A stretch of 64,000 nt of DNA from Ruminiclostridium sp. Lineage in GTDB: Bacteria; Bacillota; Clostridia; Oscillospirales; Oscillospiraceae. The stretch is from positions 2,257 to 66,256 of the forward strand of contig JAAWAE010000103.1 of the NCBI GenBank assembly GCA_022792035.1, written 5' to 3'. Below are positions 28,472 through 40,205 of this stretch, piece by piece. The first letter of the stretch is position 1. Every line of letters starts with the position of its first letter. Both the position numbers and the translations under genes were made by a program. The notes beneath the pieces are model-generated. The model saw only the letters and a list, made by a program, of their open reading frames with translations. It searched no databases and had not been told where the DNA came from.

Positions 28472-29659
28472 ATGATGAAACGAAAAGTGACCGTCTGCCT
28501 GCTGGCGGGTGTGCTGGTGCTGGCGGTGTCCGCCGGAGCCGCCTTCGACAGCATCAACGGCTACGCCGCCCTGAAGCGGGGCGTGAAGACGCTGCTCCTG
28601 GAAAGCAGCAACGTCACCCTGGAGGGCAGCTACGGCGTCCGGGTAGATGGCAAGGACCTGCGCAGCAACACCGTGAAAGCAGCCTCTGACGGAAAAAACT
28701 ACACGGAGTATACGAAAGACCAATCCGGGACGAAGGTCTACGAGAGCTGGCGCAGCCAGTATAATGACTACCAGATCTTCTATGACAAAGAGATGAAGGC
28801 CCAAAAGCACTACCAGGGCTGGGACGCCCCCGCTTCCGAGCGGTTAAACCTCATGAGCATTGACACCGACGAGGAGCTGGCCCAGCGGATGCTTACCTTC
28901 TTCGAGCTGGCCGCTGACACCGCCATGGGAGATTTGAAGAACACCTTCGTCTCCCTGGGCAAGGAGGACGGGGAGACCCGCTATCAGGTGGAGATCTCCG
29001 CCAGCCAGGTGCCCGCTGTGGTTAATGCGGGTTTGTCCCTGATGTCTTATTCTGTGACCCAGGACGATTACTTCCTGTCCGGGAACGTGGAGTATGAGGA
29101 CTTCGACGCCAGCTTCTGCGCCTACTTCACCCAGGAGACGGGACAGAGCCTTACCCAGGAGGCGTATACGCGCTTCTGGAATGAGATGGCCCCGGAGACC
29201 TGGACGGAGGAAGAAAAAGCCCTCTCGGAGCAGATCACCCAGCTTCACCTGCAATACCAAGAGGAGAACGAAGCCCAGCGAAAACAGAAGGGAGACAAAG
29301 GCGTGCTGCTGGTTCATGCGGACAACAGCCAGACCTATTACAAAAACGGTCAGGATTACTATGAAGCCGTGGAATCGGACCGTCTCATCCGCTTTGTGGG
29401 ACCCGATGCCGCGTTGGATAAGGTCCACTGTATCTTTGGCGTGGACAGCGAGGGGCATTTGACCGAGCTGACCCTCAAAGCCTCCTTCTCTTCTACAGAC
29501 ATGAACGGGAAGGCCCACAGCCTGGAGGCCACCGCCAGCTTCACCGCCAGCGATTACGGGACCACTACGGTCCAACCCCTGGACGTGACCGGCTGGAGCA
29601 ACGACTATGCCTACCTCCCGGACGCCAAGGCGACGGAATCCGCAGAAGTTTTCAACTAA
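28472..29659 (+). CDS. Secreted hypothetical protein, paralog 2
   Basis: Shares AF.S.NGYAA.K.GVK.LLL, ELAAD...GDLKN.FVSLG.EDG, VPA.VNAGLSLM.YS, PLDVTGW.N with the previous gene. Confidence 0.85.
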   Translation: MMKRKVTVCLLAGVLVLAVSAGAAFDSINGYAALKRGVKTLLLESSNVTLEGSYGVRVDGKDLRSNTVKAASDGKNYTEYTKDQSGTKVYESWRSQYNDYQIFYDKEMKAQKHYQGWDAPASERLNLMSIDTDEELAQRMLTFFELAADTAMGDLKNTFVSLGKEDGETRYQVEISASQVPAVVNAGLSLMSYSVTQDDYFLSGNVEYEDFDASFCAYFTQETGQSLTQEAYTRFWNEMAPETWTEEEKALSEQITQLHLQYQEENEAQRKQKGDKGVLLVHADNSQTYYKNGQDYYEAVESDRLIRFVGPDAALDKVHCIFGVDSEGHLTELTLKASFSSTDMNGKAHSLEATASFTASDYGTTTVQPLDVTGWSNDYAYLPDAKATESAEVFN

Positions 29660-29731
29660 AATACCCCAGGAATGGGACCCGAGGATGGGAAACTGTCCTC
29701 GGGCCTTCCTGCGCGAAAGGAGTTTTGCAGC

Positions 29732-30466
29732 TTGGAGACCATTTTGACACTGGACCATTTCTCCAAAGTCTACCGCAACGGCCGGGGCGCCAAGAACATC
29801 ACCTTCTCCGTGGAGCGGGGGGAGGTGGTGGGCCTGCTGGGCCCCAACGGCTCCGGCAAGACCACCATCATGAAGGCCATCACCGGCCTGACCCAACCCA
29901 CCGACGGTCTGGTGGAGATTTTCGGCGCGGAGGTCAGCACCCGCCGGGAGCAGGCCCTATCTAAAGTGGGGGCCCTCATCGAGCAGCCGGCCCTGTACGA
30001 AAGCCTCTCCGCCTGGGACCACCTTTCCATGGCGGCGCGGTACTATCCCCAGGTGGACAAGGCCCGCATGGAGCACGTCTTGACCCTGGTGGGGCTGGCC
30101 CCCTACGCCAAGGAACGCTGCGGGAAATTCTCCCTGGGCATGAAGCAGCGCCTGGGCTTAGCCTTGGCCCTGCTTTCAGAGCCGGAGCTTTTGGTCCTGG
30201 ACGAGCCCACCAACGGCTTAGACATTGAGGCCACCGTGGAGATCCGGGAGATCATCATCGCCTTGGCCAAGGAAAAGGGGGTCACGTTTTTGGTGGCCAG
30301 CCATCTGGCTTCGGAGATCGAAAAGATGTGTTCCAAGGTCCTGGTCCTCTATGAAGGGGAGACCCTGGCCTGGGAGACCAAGGAGGAGGCTCTGCGCCTG
30401 CACCCCTCCCTGGAGGACTATTTCTTAGACAAGGTCCGGGAGAAAAAAGGTCCCGTGGTCCTGTGA
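29732..30466 (+). CDS. ABC transporter ATP-binding protein (BcrA/LanF-like)
   Basis: GPNGSGKTT, FSLGMKQRLGLA, LDEPTNGLD; TTG start after AAAGGAG. Confidence 0.9.
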   Translation: METILTLDHFSKVYRNGRGAKNITFSVERGEVVGLLGPNGSGKTTIMKAITGLTQPTDGLVEIFGAEVSTRREQALSKVGALIEQPALYESLSAWDHLSMAARYYPQVDKARMEHVLTLVGLAPYAKERCGKFSLGMKQRLGLALALLSEPELLVLDEPTNGLDIEATVEIREIIIALAKEKGVTFLVASHLASEIEKMCSKVLVLYEGETLAWETKEEALRLHPSLEDYFLDKVREKKGPVVL

Positions 30467-31236
30467 GGAGGAAGATGCAAATGTTTATGGCGAACCTCAA
30501 GAATGAACTCTTCAAGCTGCGCCGCAGGAAAAAATACTGGGTGCTGCTGATCATCGGCTGTGCCATCTCTATGGCCAGCGCCCTGCGGCTGCTGATCGCC
30601 AACTTCATCACCGACGGGAACGTGGCCGCGGAGGCCCGGGAAGTCCTGCTGGGGGGCTTGATGAACTCCAACCTGCTGTTTATCCTGCTGCTGTTCCTGC
30701 CGCTGATGGCGGTGATGGCCGTCAGCGACCTCTATGTGGGGGAGGAGGCGGACCACACCATCCGCTTCGCCCTGATGCGCCCGGTGGCCAAGGAAAAACT
30801 GTTTTTCTCCAAAGCCCTGGCGGTGTTTCTGCTCTGCGCCTTTGATCTGGCGGTGCTCTATCTGGTTACCACCCTGACCCAGGTGGTGCTGGGGGGCGGG
30901 ACCCGGGGGATCGGCTCCAGCCTGGGAGCCTGCCTGCTGGACCTGGTGCCGCTGGCGGTGCTGATCCTCTTTTTTGCCCTGGTCAACCAGTTGGTAAAGG
31001 GGAGCAGTTTGGCGGTGCTGCTGTGCGTGGTGCTGTACTTAGGGCTGCTGGCCCTGGGGACCTATATGCCGTCCATCGGCGGCCTGGTCTTTGTGGGGTA
31101 TATGCGCTGGCATAACCTGTGGATCGGGACCACCCTGCCCTTCCTGGCCATGCTCACTCGCATCGGCCTGCTGGCGGGTTACGGTCTGGTCTTTGCCTGC
31201 GGCGGCTACCTGCTCTTCGAGCGCAAGGAAGCGTAA
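30463..31236 (+). CDS. ABC-2 type permease
   Basis: KNELFKLRRRKK then about six TM helices; E...TIRFALMRPV motif. Confidence 0.85.
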   Translation: MRRKMQMFMANLKNELFKLRRRKKYWVLLIIGCAISMASALRLLIANFITDGNVAAEAREVLLGGLMNSNLLFILLLFLPLMAVMAVSDLYVGEEADHTIRFALMRPVAKEKLFFSKALAVFLLCAFDLAVLYLVTTLTQVVLGGGTRGIGSSLGACLLDLVPLAVLILFFALVNQLVKGSSLAVLLCVVLYLGLLALGTYMPSIGGLVFVGYMRWHNLWIGTTLPFLAMLTRIGLLAGYGLVFACGGYLLFERKEA

Positions 31237-31243
31237 GGGCCCC

Positions 31244-32392
31244 ATGGAGAAGGAAACCACCCTCCAGGGCCGTTTCCTGCAGGCGGGGGCGCTGATGCTC
31301 CTGCTGAGTTTGGTAATCGGCCTGGTGCTGGGGTTTGTGATGCTGATGCTCTTCACTGCAAATGATCCCAGCGGGAAGGAATTCCTGTTAAGTCTGGTCT
31401 CTCTGTTCAAGGGACAGCTGGGAGGACCCGGGGGGATGCTGCCCTATGTGATCTTAGGGCTGGTGCTGGTGTGTCTGGCGGTGGCGGTGGTGTGCGTGGT
31501 GATCACGTCCCACCTGGCCGGGCGCATTTCCCGGAGCTTGAAACTGCTGCGGCGGACGGTGGATGCCCTGCGGGAGGGAGACCTGTCCGTGGAGGTGCTC
31601 ACCAGCCCCGAGCGGGAGGTGGATGAGTTATGCCAGTCCCTGGAGAGCGTGCGCCAGCAGCTTCGCGCCGCGGCCCGGCGGCAGGAGCGGATGGACCAGG
31701 AGCGGGGCCTGCTGATGGCCAACCTCTCCCACGATCTGCGCACCCCCATCACCGTCATCAAAGGCTATGTGGAGGGCATCCGGGACGGCATCGCCGCCAC
31801 GGAGGAGAAGCGGCGGCACTATCTCTCCACCATCTACAACAAGACCCTGGCCCTGGAGCAGCTGGTTGCGGATATGCGGGATTTTTCCGAGTACGAACTG
31901 GGCCGGATGCAGTACCACTTTGAGCGGGTGGACCTCACCGCCCTGCTGAAGGATCTGGTCCAGGAGTACCGTATGGACGTGGAGGGTTCCGGGATGAGCC
32001 TGGAGGCCCAGCTGCCGGAGCAGGCCCTGTGGACCACGGCGGACCGGCGCAAGCTCAAGCGAGTGCTGGACAATCTGGTGTCCAACGCCGTGAAGTACGG
32101 CCGCGCCGGGGGAGAGGTGTCCCTGACGGGGCAGGCGTACCAGGGGGGGATCATCGTCCAGGTATCGGACAACGGCCGGGGGATCAGCCCCCAGGCCATG
32201 GGCCACATTTTTGACAGCTTCTACCGCGAGGACACCGCCCGCAGCAGTACGGTGCCGGGGAGCGGTCTGGGATTGGCCATTTGTAAGAGCATCATGGAGA
32301 GCCACCATGGAAAGATCTGGCTCACCAGCCGGGAGGGAGAGGGCACCGACGCCTATCTCTACCTGCCCTTGACGAAGGAGGTCGGCGAATGA
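31244..32392 (+). CDS. Sensor histidine kinase (2 TM, HAMP, HisKA, HATPase)
   Basis: SHDLRTP, NLVSNAVKY, DNGRGI, GSGLGLAI; short loop between the TM helices. Confidence 0.92.
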   Translation: MEKETTLQGRFLQAGALMLLLSLVIGLVLGFVMLMLFTANDPSGKEFLLSLVSLFKGQLGGPGGMLPYVILGLVLVCLAVAVVCVVITSHLAGRISRSLKLLRRTVDALREGDLSVEVLTSPEREVDELCQSLESVRQQLRAAARRQERMDQERGLLMANLSHDLRTPITVIKGYVEGIRDGIAATEEKRRHYLSTIYNKTLALEQLVADMRDFSEYELGRMQYHFERVDLTALLKDLVQEYRMDVEGSGMSLEAQLPEQALWTTADRRKLKRVLDNLVSNAVKYGRAGGEVSLTGQAYQGGIIVQVSDNGRGISPQAMGHIFDSFYREDTARSSTVPGSGLGLAICKSIMESHHGKIWLTSREGEGTDAYLYLPLTKEVGE

Positions 32393-33082
32393 ATATTTTG
32401 ATCATTGAAGACGACGAGAGCGTGGGAGAACTGGAACGGGACTATTTGGAGATGAGCGGCGGCTTTCACTGCACGCTGTGCAATGACGGGGTGCTGGGAT
32501 TGCAGCAGGCCCTCAGCGGGGACTGGTCCCTGGTGATCATCGACGTGATGCTGCCGGGGCTCAGCGGCTTTGAGATCTGCCGCCGCCTGCGGGAGGAGCG
32601 GGATGTGCCGGTGATCATCATCTCCGCCCTGGCGGATGACATCGACAAGGTCCGGGGCTTAGGATTGGGCGCGGATGATTATATCACGAAACCCTTTAGT
32701 CCCAGTGAGCTGGTGGCCCGGGTGAAGGGGCACATCCAGCGGTATGAGCGTCTGGTGGGTGGCCGGGAAAAGCCCCGGGCGGAGGTCTTGCAGATCCGGG
32801 GCCTGGAGATCGACCGGGCGGCCCGGCGGGTCTGGGTCAACGGGAAGGAGCAGACCATGACGGGGACCGAGTATGAGCTGCTGCTGTTTCTGGCCGAGCA
32901 CCCGGACACGGTTTTCTCAAAGGACCGGCTGTTCAACAAGGTCTGGGGGACGGATGCCTGCGGGGACCCCTCTACCGTGACCGTGCATATTAAGCATATC
33001 CGGGATAAGATCGAGTCGGACCCGGAGCATATCCAGTATATTGAGACGGTTTGGGGGCGTGGGGTACCGCTTCCGGGGATAA
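32389..33082 (+). CDS. OmpR-family response regulator with an apparent +1 frameshift near the C-terminus
   Basis: IIEDD, DVMLPG, GADDYITKPF, TVTVHI; the conserved ending VWGVGYRF(RG*) is restored by removing one G from the G5 run at 33053-33057. Confidence 0.85.
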
Positions 33083-33084
33083 AG

Positions 33085-33118
33085 AAAAAGGAGACAGGCG
33101 TTGGGCTGTCTCCTTTTT
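33085..33118. terminator. Bidirectional intrinsic terminator
   Basis: AAAAAGGAGACAG-loop-CTGTCTCCTTTTT. Confidence 0.8.
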
Positions 33119-33127
33119 GTATGGGGC

Positions 33128-33156
33128 TTGACATAGGGGTCAGGAATGGATATAAT
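33128..33156 (+). promoter_or_regulatory. sigmaA-type promoter of a putative antitoxin sRNA
   Basis: TTGACA-17 bp-TATAAT with no plausible downstream + strand gene. Confidence 0.85.
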
Positions 33157-33161
33157 AAAAA

Positions 33162-33255
33162 CAGAAGGGTTGCCGGTCCGCGGCTTAGCCCTTTAAGTGA
33201 AAAGTTTCAAGAATTAAAGAAACCGTCACCGTGCAGGGTGGCGGTTTCTGCTTAT
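33162..33255 (+). ncRNA. Putative antisense antitoxin sRNA (about 90 nt)
   Basis: Consensus promoter; terminator AGAAACCGTCACC-GTGCAG-GGTGGCGGTTTCT (33218-33249); overlaps the 3' end of the small minus-strand ORF. Confidence 0.65.
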
Positions 33256-33306
33256 CCGTATACTCACGGTAAATCCACAAATGTGGAACGTGATGGATAT
33301 TGGCAT
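33226..33306 (-). CDS. Putative type I toxin peptide MPISITFHICGFTVSIRISRNRHPAR (26 aa)
   Basis: Strong SD GGAGGTG held in the hairpin CCTCC-GAGA-GGAGG; own promoter; hydrophobic N-terminus and cationic tail. Confidence 0.7.
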   Translation of the reverse strand: MPISITFHICGFTVSIRISRNRHPAR

Positions 33307-33394
33307 ACGCCTCACCTCCTCTCGGAGGATGTAGCTAAGCCGCCTACCGTAGTGGCAATACCCTTCTGACCAGTCCTTGCGAACCGGCAAAATC

Positions 33395-33423
33395 AGGATA
33401 CCATAGCTTGCGGAGTTTGTCAA
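33395..33423 (-). promoter_or_regulatory. sigmaA-type promoter of the putative toxin mRNA
   Basis: TTGACA-17 bp-TATCCT with extended TG on the minus strand. Confidence 0.75.
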
Positions 33424-33448
33424 TTCCTGCGGATATGTCTGATTGGAT

Positions 33449-35014
33449 TTACTGCCCAAACCGGGAGAACACGAACTGCCCCGACTGCGTCAGAGCCTCC
33501 TGAGACCAAACCCCGTTGGGCGAGGTCCCGGGTTTCAGGGCCGCAGAGGTCTCCCCCTTATCGCACAGCGACCAGTTGCACCAGCTGATCCCCCGCTGCG
33601 CCAGAAAATCTAACCACTGGGCGGACTCCGCCAGGAACACGCCGCCGCTGCCGTCCGCCCGACTGGTGCCCCACTCGGAGACGAACACGGGCAGGCCTTT
33701 GGCTCGAACGGCGTCGATCCGGTCCCGCAGTTCCTGGCCGTGGGTCCCGGCGTAAAAATGCAGGGTGTACATCAAATTCTCCCCGGCCACCGGGTCCGCC
33801 GCCGCCTGATGGATGTCCTGGCTCCAGGTGGGGCTGCCGATGAGGATCACCGCCTTGGGGGCCTGGGCCCGGATGGCCTGGACCACTTTTTCCGCATAGG
33901 GTTTTACGTTCCCGCTCCAGCTGATGTTCCCGTTGGGCTCGTTGCAGATCTCATAGAGCACGGCGGGGGAATCCTTGTACCGCTTTGCCATTTCGGTGAA
34001 AAAGGCCACCGCCTCTTCGGTATGGGCGCTGGGGTCCCCGTCGGAGAGGATGTGCCAGTCCAGGATCACATACAGGTCCTGGGCGATGGCGGCATCTGCC
34101 GCGGCGATCAGTGTTTGCTTCATGGCCTCCGGCTGGGAGAGATACCCGCCCTCTCCGGTATACATGGCCAGACGGAACACGTTGGCCCCATGCTGGGCGG
34201 TGTTCCGGATGCTCTGGGCGTTGGCGAAGGAGCCGTACCATTGCAGGCCGTGGGTGCTCATCCCCCGCAGGACCACCGGCTCCCCGGCCTGATTGCACAG
34301 CTGGGTGCCCTTCACCTGCAGGGCACCGTTCTCTGTCACGCCGCCCTGGACGGTGACGACAGGGGACGGCGGCGTTTCCGGCGTGGTTCCCGGGTCCGGC
34401 GCGGGGGCAGTGCTCCCTCCGGCGGCCTGCTTCGCCCGCTGGATTAAGATACAGGCTTCCGCCCGGCTCAGGCCGCTGTGGGGACGGAAGGTGCCGCTGC
34501 TGTCCCCTTTGACCACCCCGGCGGCGTAGGCAGCCAGGACGGCTTCATAATACCGCCCGTCCAGCTGGGAGAAGTCCGAGATCTTTGCGCGCTCTGTGTT
34601 GTAATCTCCCCGGCGCTCCGGCAGGAGGGCCCGCATCAGCACCTTCACCGCCAGCTGCCGGGGGATGGGCTGATCGAATTTCTCCCCGGTGGGGGGCAGC
34701 TCATCCCAGTCATACCAACCCTTCTCCAGGGCGGTTTGCAGGTACCCTGCGGCCCAGTGGGCCGTCTGTCCCTGGCTTGGCGCCGCGCCGGCGGTGCGGG
34801 CGGTGATGGTGACGAATTCCGCCGCCGAGATGGTCTGCCCGGGACGGAAGCTCCCGTCGGGGTAGCCGCTGAGCAGACCCGAGGCGGTCATTTCCTCCAC
34901 GGCGTCGCGGTACCAGCTCCCCGCTTCCACGTCGGGGAAGGCCGCCGCCGCGCCGCTCCACCCCAGCAGCAGGCAGAGCAGGCAGGAAAGCAGGACTTTT
35001 GGGATTGGACGCAT
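33449..35014 (-). CDS. SLH-anchored glycoside hydrolase family 5 (endoglucanase-like)
   Basis: Signal peptide, SLH repeats (GYPDGSFRPG..ISAAEF), Pro/Thr linker, LRGMSTHG, LDWH, ICNEP, HFYAGTH, VSEWG; start 35014 after GGAGG. Confidence 0.9.
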   Translation of the reverse strand: MRPIPKVLLSCLLCLLLGWSGAAAAFPDVEAGSWYRDAVEEMTASGLLSGYPDGSFRPGQTISAAEFVTITARTAGAAPSQGQTAHWAAGYLQTALEKGWYDWDELPPTGEKFDQPIPRQLAVKVLMRALLPERRGDYNTERAKISDFSQLDGRYYEAVLAAYAAGVVKGDSSGTFRPHSGLSRAEACILIQRAKQAAGGSTAPAPDPGTTPETPPSPVVTVQGGVTENGALQVKGTQLCNQAGEPVVLRGMSTHGLQWYGSFANAQSIRNTAQHGANVFRLAMYTGEGGYLSQPEAMKQTLIAAADAAIAQDLYVILDWHILSDGDPSAHTEEAVAFFTEMAKRYKDSPAVLYEICNEPNGNISWSGNVKPYAEKVVQAIRAQAPKAVILIGSPTWSQDIHQAAADPVAGENLMYTLHFYAGTHGQELRDRIDAVRAKGLPVFVSEWGTSRADGSGGVFLAESAQWLDFLAQRGISWCNWSLCDKGETSAALKPGTSPNGVWSQEALTQSGQFVFSRFGQ

Positions 35015-35111
35015 GATAAAAACCTCCAATGCAGGCCGGGTGATCCCGGCCGTTTTTTCTATTGTAGCAGACCAAGGGCGAGATGGGAAGTCCCTGGATG
35101 GGTTAAATGGC

Positions 35112-35140
35112 TTGACGTTTGGTGGTTTATGGCCTATAAT
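35112..35140 (+). promoter_or_regulatory. sigmaA-type promoter upstream of the V-ATPase operon
   Basis: TTGACG-17 bp-TATAAT; a second extended -10 TGcTATAAT lies at 35242-35250. Confidence 0.65.
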
Positions 35141-35354
35141 GAGATGATGGGGGAAATATTCTTCTCTAGGAAAGATGATACAGGATACCGAAGAAAAGGA
35201 TGTTGTCTCGGGGCGTTCTGCGGACTTTCCCCATAGGGCTGTGCTATAATGACCACAGCTGCGCCCCCGAGGCCGTGAAGCGGCCTTGCGGTGGAGCGCA
35301 TCGTCAAGACACTTTGACCGATTACCCCATACATGAGAAAAGGAGGGTGGAGCC

Positions 35355-35670
35355 ATGTCGCTGGAAGCCATTGAGCAGGTGACCCGAGCGGAAGAAGAGA
35401 GTCTACGCCAAAAGACCCAGGCGGAGGCGGAGGCCAAACAGTTGGTTGCCGACGCCCAGCGGGCAGGCAGGCAGGCCCTGGAACAGCTTCGCAGTCAGGC
35501 CCAGGAGCAGGCCCGGGAGCGGATGCGCCAGGCGGAGCGCCGGGCGGGGGAACGCAGTGCCCAGTCCGCGTCCCAGAGCCGGAAAAACTGTGACAACCTG
35601 CGAAAGGCGGCCCAGGAACGCCTGGATGCCGCCGCGAATGAGATCGTAAAGCGGGTCATGGAGGGAAACT

Positions 35671-35684
<14 letters not shown>
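35355..35684 (+). CDS. V-type ATPase subunit H/G (peripheral stalk)
   Basis: Helical Ala/Glu/Arg-rich 109 aa at the head of the operon. Confidence 0.8.
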
Positions 35685-38093
<2,409 letters not shown>

Positions 38094-38111
38094 CCCTTTG
38101 GGGAGACATAA

Positions 38112-38600
<489 letters not shown>

Positions 38601-38609
38601 GGAGCGGGT

Positions 38610-39197
38610 ATGAACGGGATCGATAAAATCAAGCAGCGCATCGCCCAGGACCTGCAGCAGCAGTCCGACGCGATCCGCCAAAAAGCGGAGGAGGAGGCCC
38701 GGGACATCCTGGCCCGCTACGCCCAGCAGGCCCAAACGGTGGAGGAGGAGATCCTCCGCCGGGGGGAGCGGGACGCCCGGGAGCTGGAGGAACGTCTGGC
38801 AGGCGCTGCCCACATGGAGGATGGCAAGGCCCGTCTGGCGGTGAAGCAGGAGATGCTGGATCAGGCCTTCGCCCTGGCCCTGGATAAACTCTGCGCCTTG
38901 GAGGGCGAGGACAAGCTGACCCTCCTCACCCGCCTGACCCTGGAGGCGGCCCGGACCGGACGGGAGCAGGTGTACCTCTCCCCGGCGGACCGGGAGACTG
39001 TCGGAGAGGCTCTGGTTCAGCGGGCCAACGCCCAGCTGGACCAGGGGGCTTTGACCCTGGCGTCAGAGAGCCGTCCCATCCGAGGGGGCGTGATCCTCAG
39101 CGACGGGGCGGTGGAGAGCAACAACAGCTTTGAGAGCATCCTGCGTCTGGCCCGGGAGGGCATGGCGGGGGACATCGTCAAGCGCCTGTTCCCGTAA
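38610..39197 (+). CDS. ntpE: V-type ATPase subunit E
   Basis: MNGIDKIKQRI, IRGGVIL, NNSFE; operon position. Confidence 0.9.
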   Translation: MNGIDKIKQRIAQDLQQQSDAIRQKAEEEARDILARYAQQAQTVEEEILRRGERDARELEERLAGAAHMEDGKARLAVKQEMLDQAFALALDKLCALEGEDKLTLLTRLTLEAARTGREQVYLSPADRETVGEALVQRANAQLDQGALTLASESRPIRGGVILSDGAVESNNSFESILRLAREGMAGDIVKRLFP

Positions 39198-39212
39198 GGA
39201 GGGGGAGGCACG

Positions 39213-40205
39213 ATGGGAAAAACGAAACCCTTTGACTACCTCTTCCTTGCCACCCGGGTCAAGTCCCTGGAAGGCCGTCTGCTGAACCGGGGACGCATGG
39301 AGCGGATGCTGGAGGCAGGCAGTCACCAGGCGGCCCTGGAGGTTTTGCTGGAGTGCGGCTATCCCGCCGTTCCGGACCCTGTTCTGGGGGCGATTGAGGA
39401 GAGTTTGGCCCAGCAGCGCCGGGAGGTGCTGGAGGACCTTGCGGCCTTCGCCCCGGACCCGGCGGTGGTGGACCTGTTCCGCCTGCGTTTTGATTATCAC
39501 AACTTGAAAGTCCTGCTCAAGGCGCAGGCGCTGGGGACGGACCCGGCGCTGCTGCTCCTGCCGGGAGGCCGGGTCCCGCCGGACCAGCTCCGGGAGTGTC
39601 TGCGCGCGGGAGAGCTGGCCCAGCTTCCCTATCTCTACCGGGAGGCAGTGGAGCAGGGGCGGCAGGCTTTGTCCGCTACGGGGGACCCCCAGCGGATGGA
39701 GTTCGTGCTGGACCGGGCTTATTTTCAGGAGATGTCCGCCCTGGCCCAGGACAGCGGCAGCGAATTTCTCCAGGGCTATGTGCGCCTGAGCATCGACGCG
39801 GCCAACCTCCGCGCCCTGCTGCGCTGTCTGCGCATGGGCAAGGGGGAGGCGTTCCTGCGGGAGGTCCTGGTCCCCGGCGGGGAGGTGGAGCCTTCCCGGC
39901 TGCTTGTCCTGTCCGGCAGCGGACGGCTGGCGGAGGGGTATGCCGGATTCTTGGCCCATGCGGCGCAGGAGGCGGACGACATCCGGCAGGGCGGCGCGAT
40001 GACGCGCTTTGAAAAGGCCTGCGACGATGCGGTCACGGCCTATCTGTCCCAGGCCAAGTACATTGCCTTCGGGGACGCGCCGGTGGCGGCCTATCTGGCG
40101 GCCAAGGAGAACGAGTGGACGGCCATTCGGGTCATCATGAGCGGCCGTCTGGCGGGGCTGTCCAAGGAAACCATCCGGGAAAGGCTGCGTGAGGCGTATG
40201 TCTAA
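39213..40205 (+). CDS. ntpC: V-type ATPase subunit C
   Basis: DYHNLKVLLK, IDAANLR, AKENE, IRERLREAYV. Confidence 0.9.
   Translation: MGKTKPFDYLFLATRVKSLEGRLLNRGRMERMLEAGSHQAALEVLLECGYPAVPDPVLGAIEESLAQQRREVLEDLAAFAPDPAVVDLFRLRFDYHNLKVLLKAQALGTDPALLLLPGGRVPPDQLRECLRAGELAQLPYLYREAVEQGRQALSATGDPQRMEFVLDRAYFQEMSALAQDSGSEFLQGYVRLSIDAANLRALLRCLRMGKGEAFLREVLVPGGEVEPSRLLVLSGSGRLAEGYAGFLAHAAQEADDIRQGGAMTRFEKACDDAVTAYLSQAKYIAFGDAPVAAYLAAKENEWTAIRVIMSGRLAGLSKETIRERLREAYV

Noticed and set aside
33083-33369. C-terminal extension of about 95 aa on the response regulator
   Set aside because: Product of the G-run frameshift; it runs through a terminator, a promoter and the antisense cassette
33307-33459. 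77-aa version of the small minus-strand ORF
   Set aside because: The upstream part spans the promoter and leader; the SD points to ATG 33306
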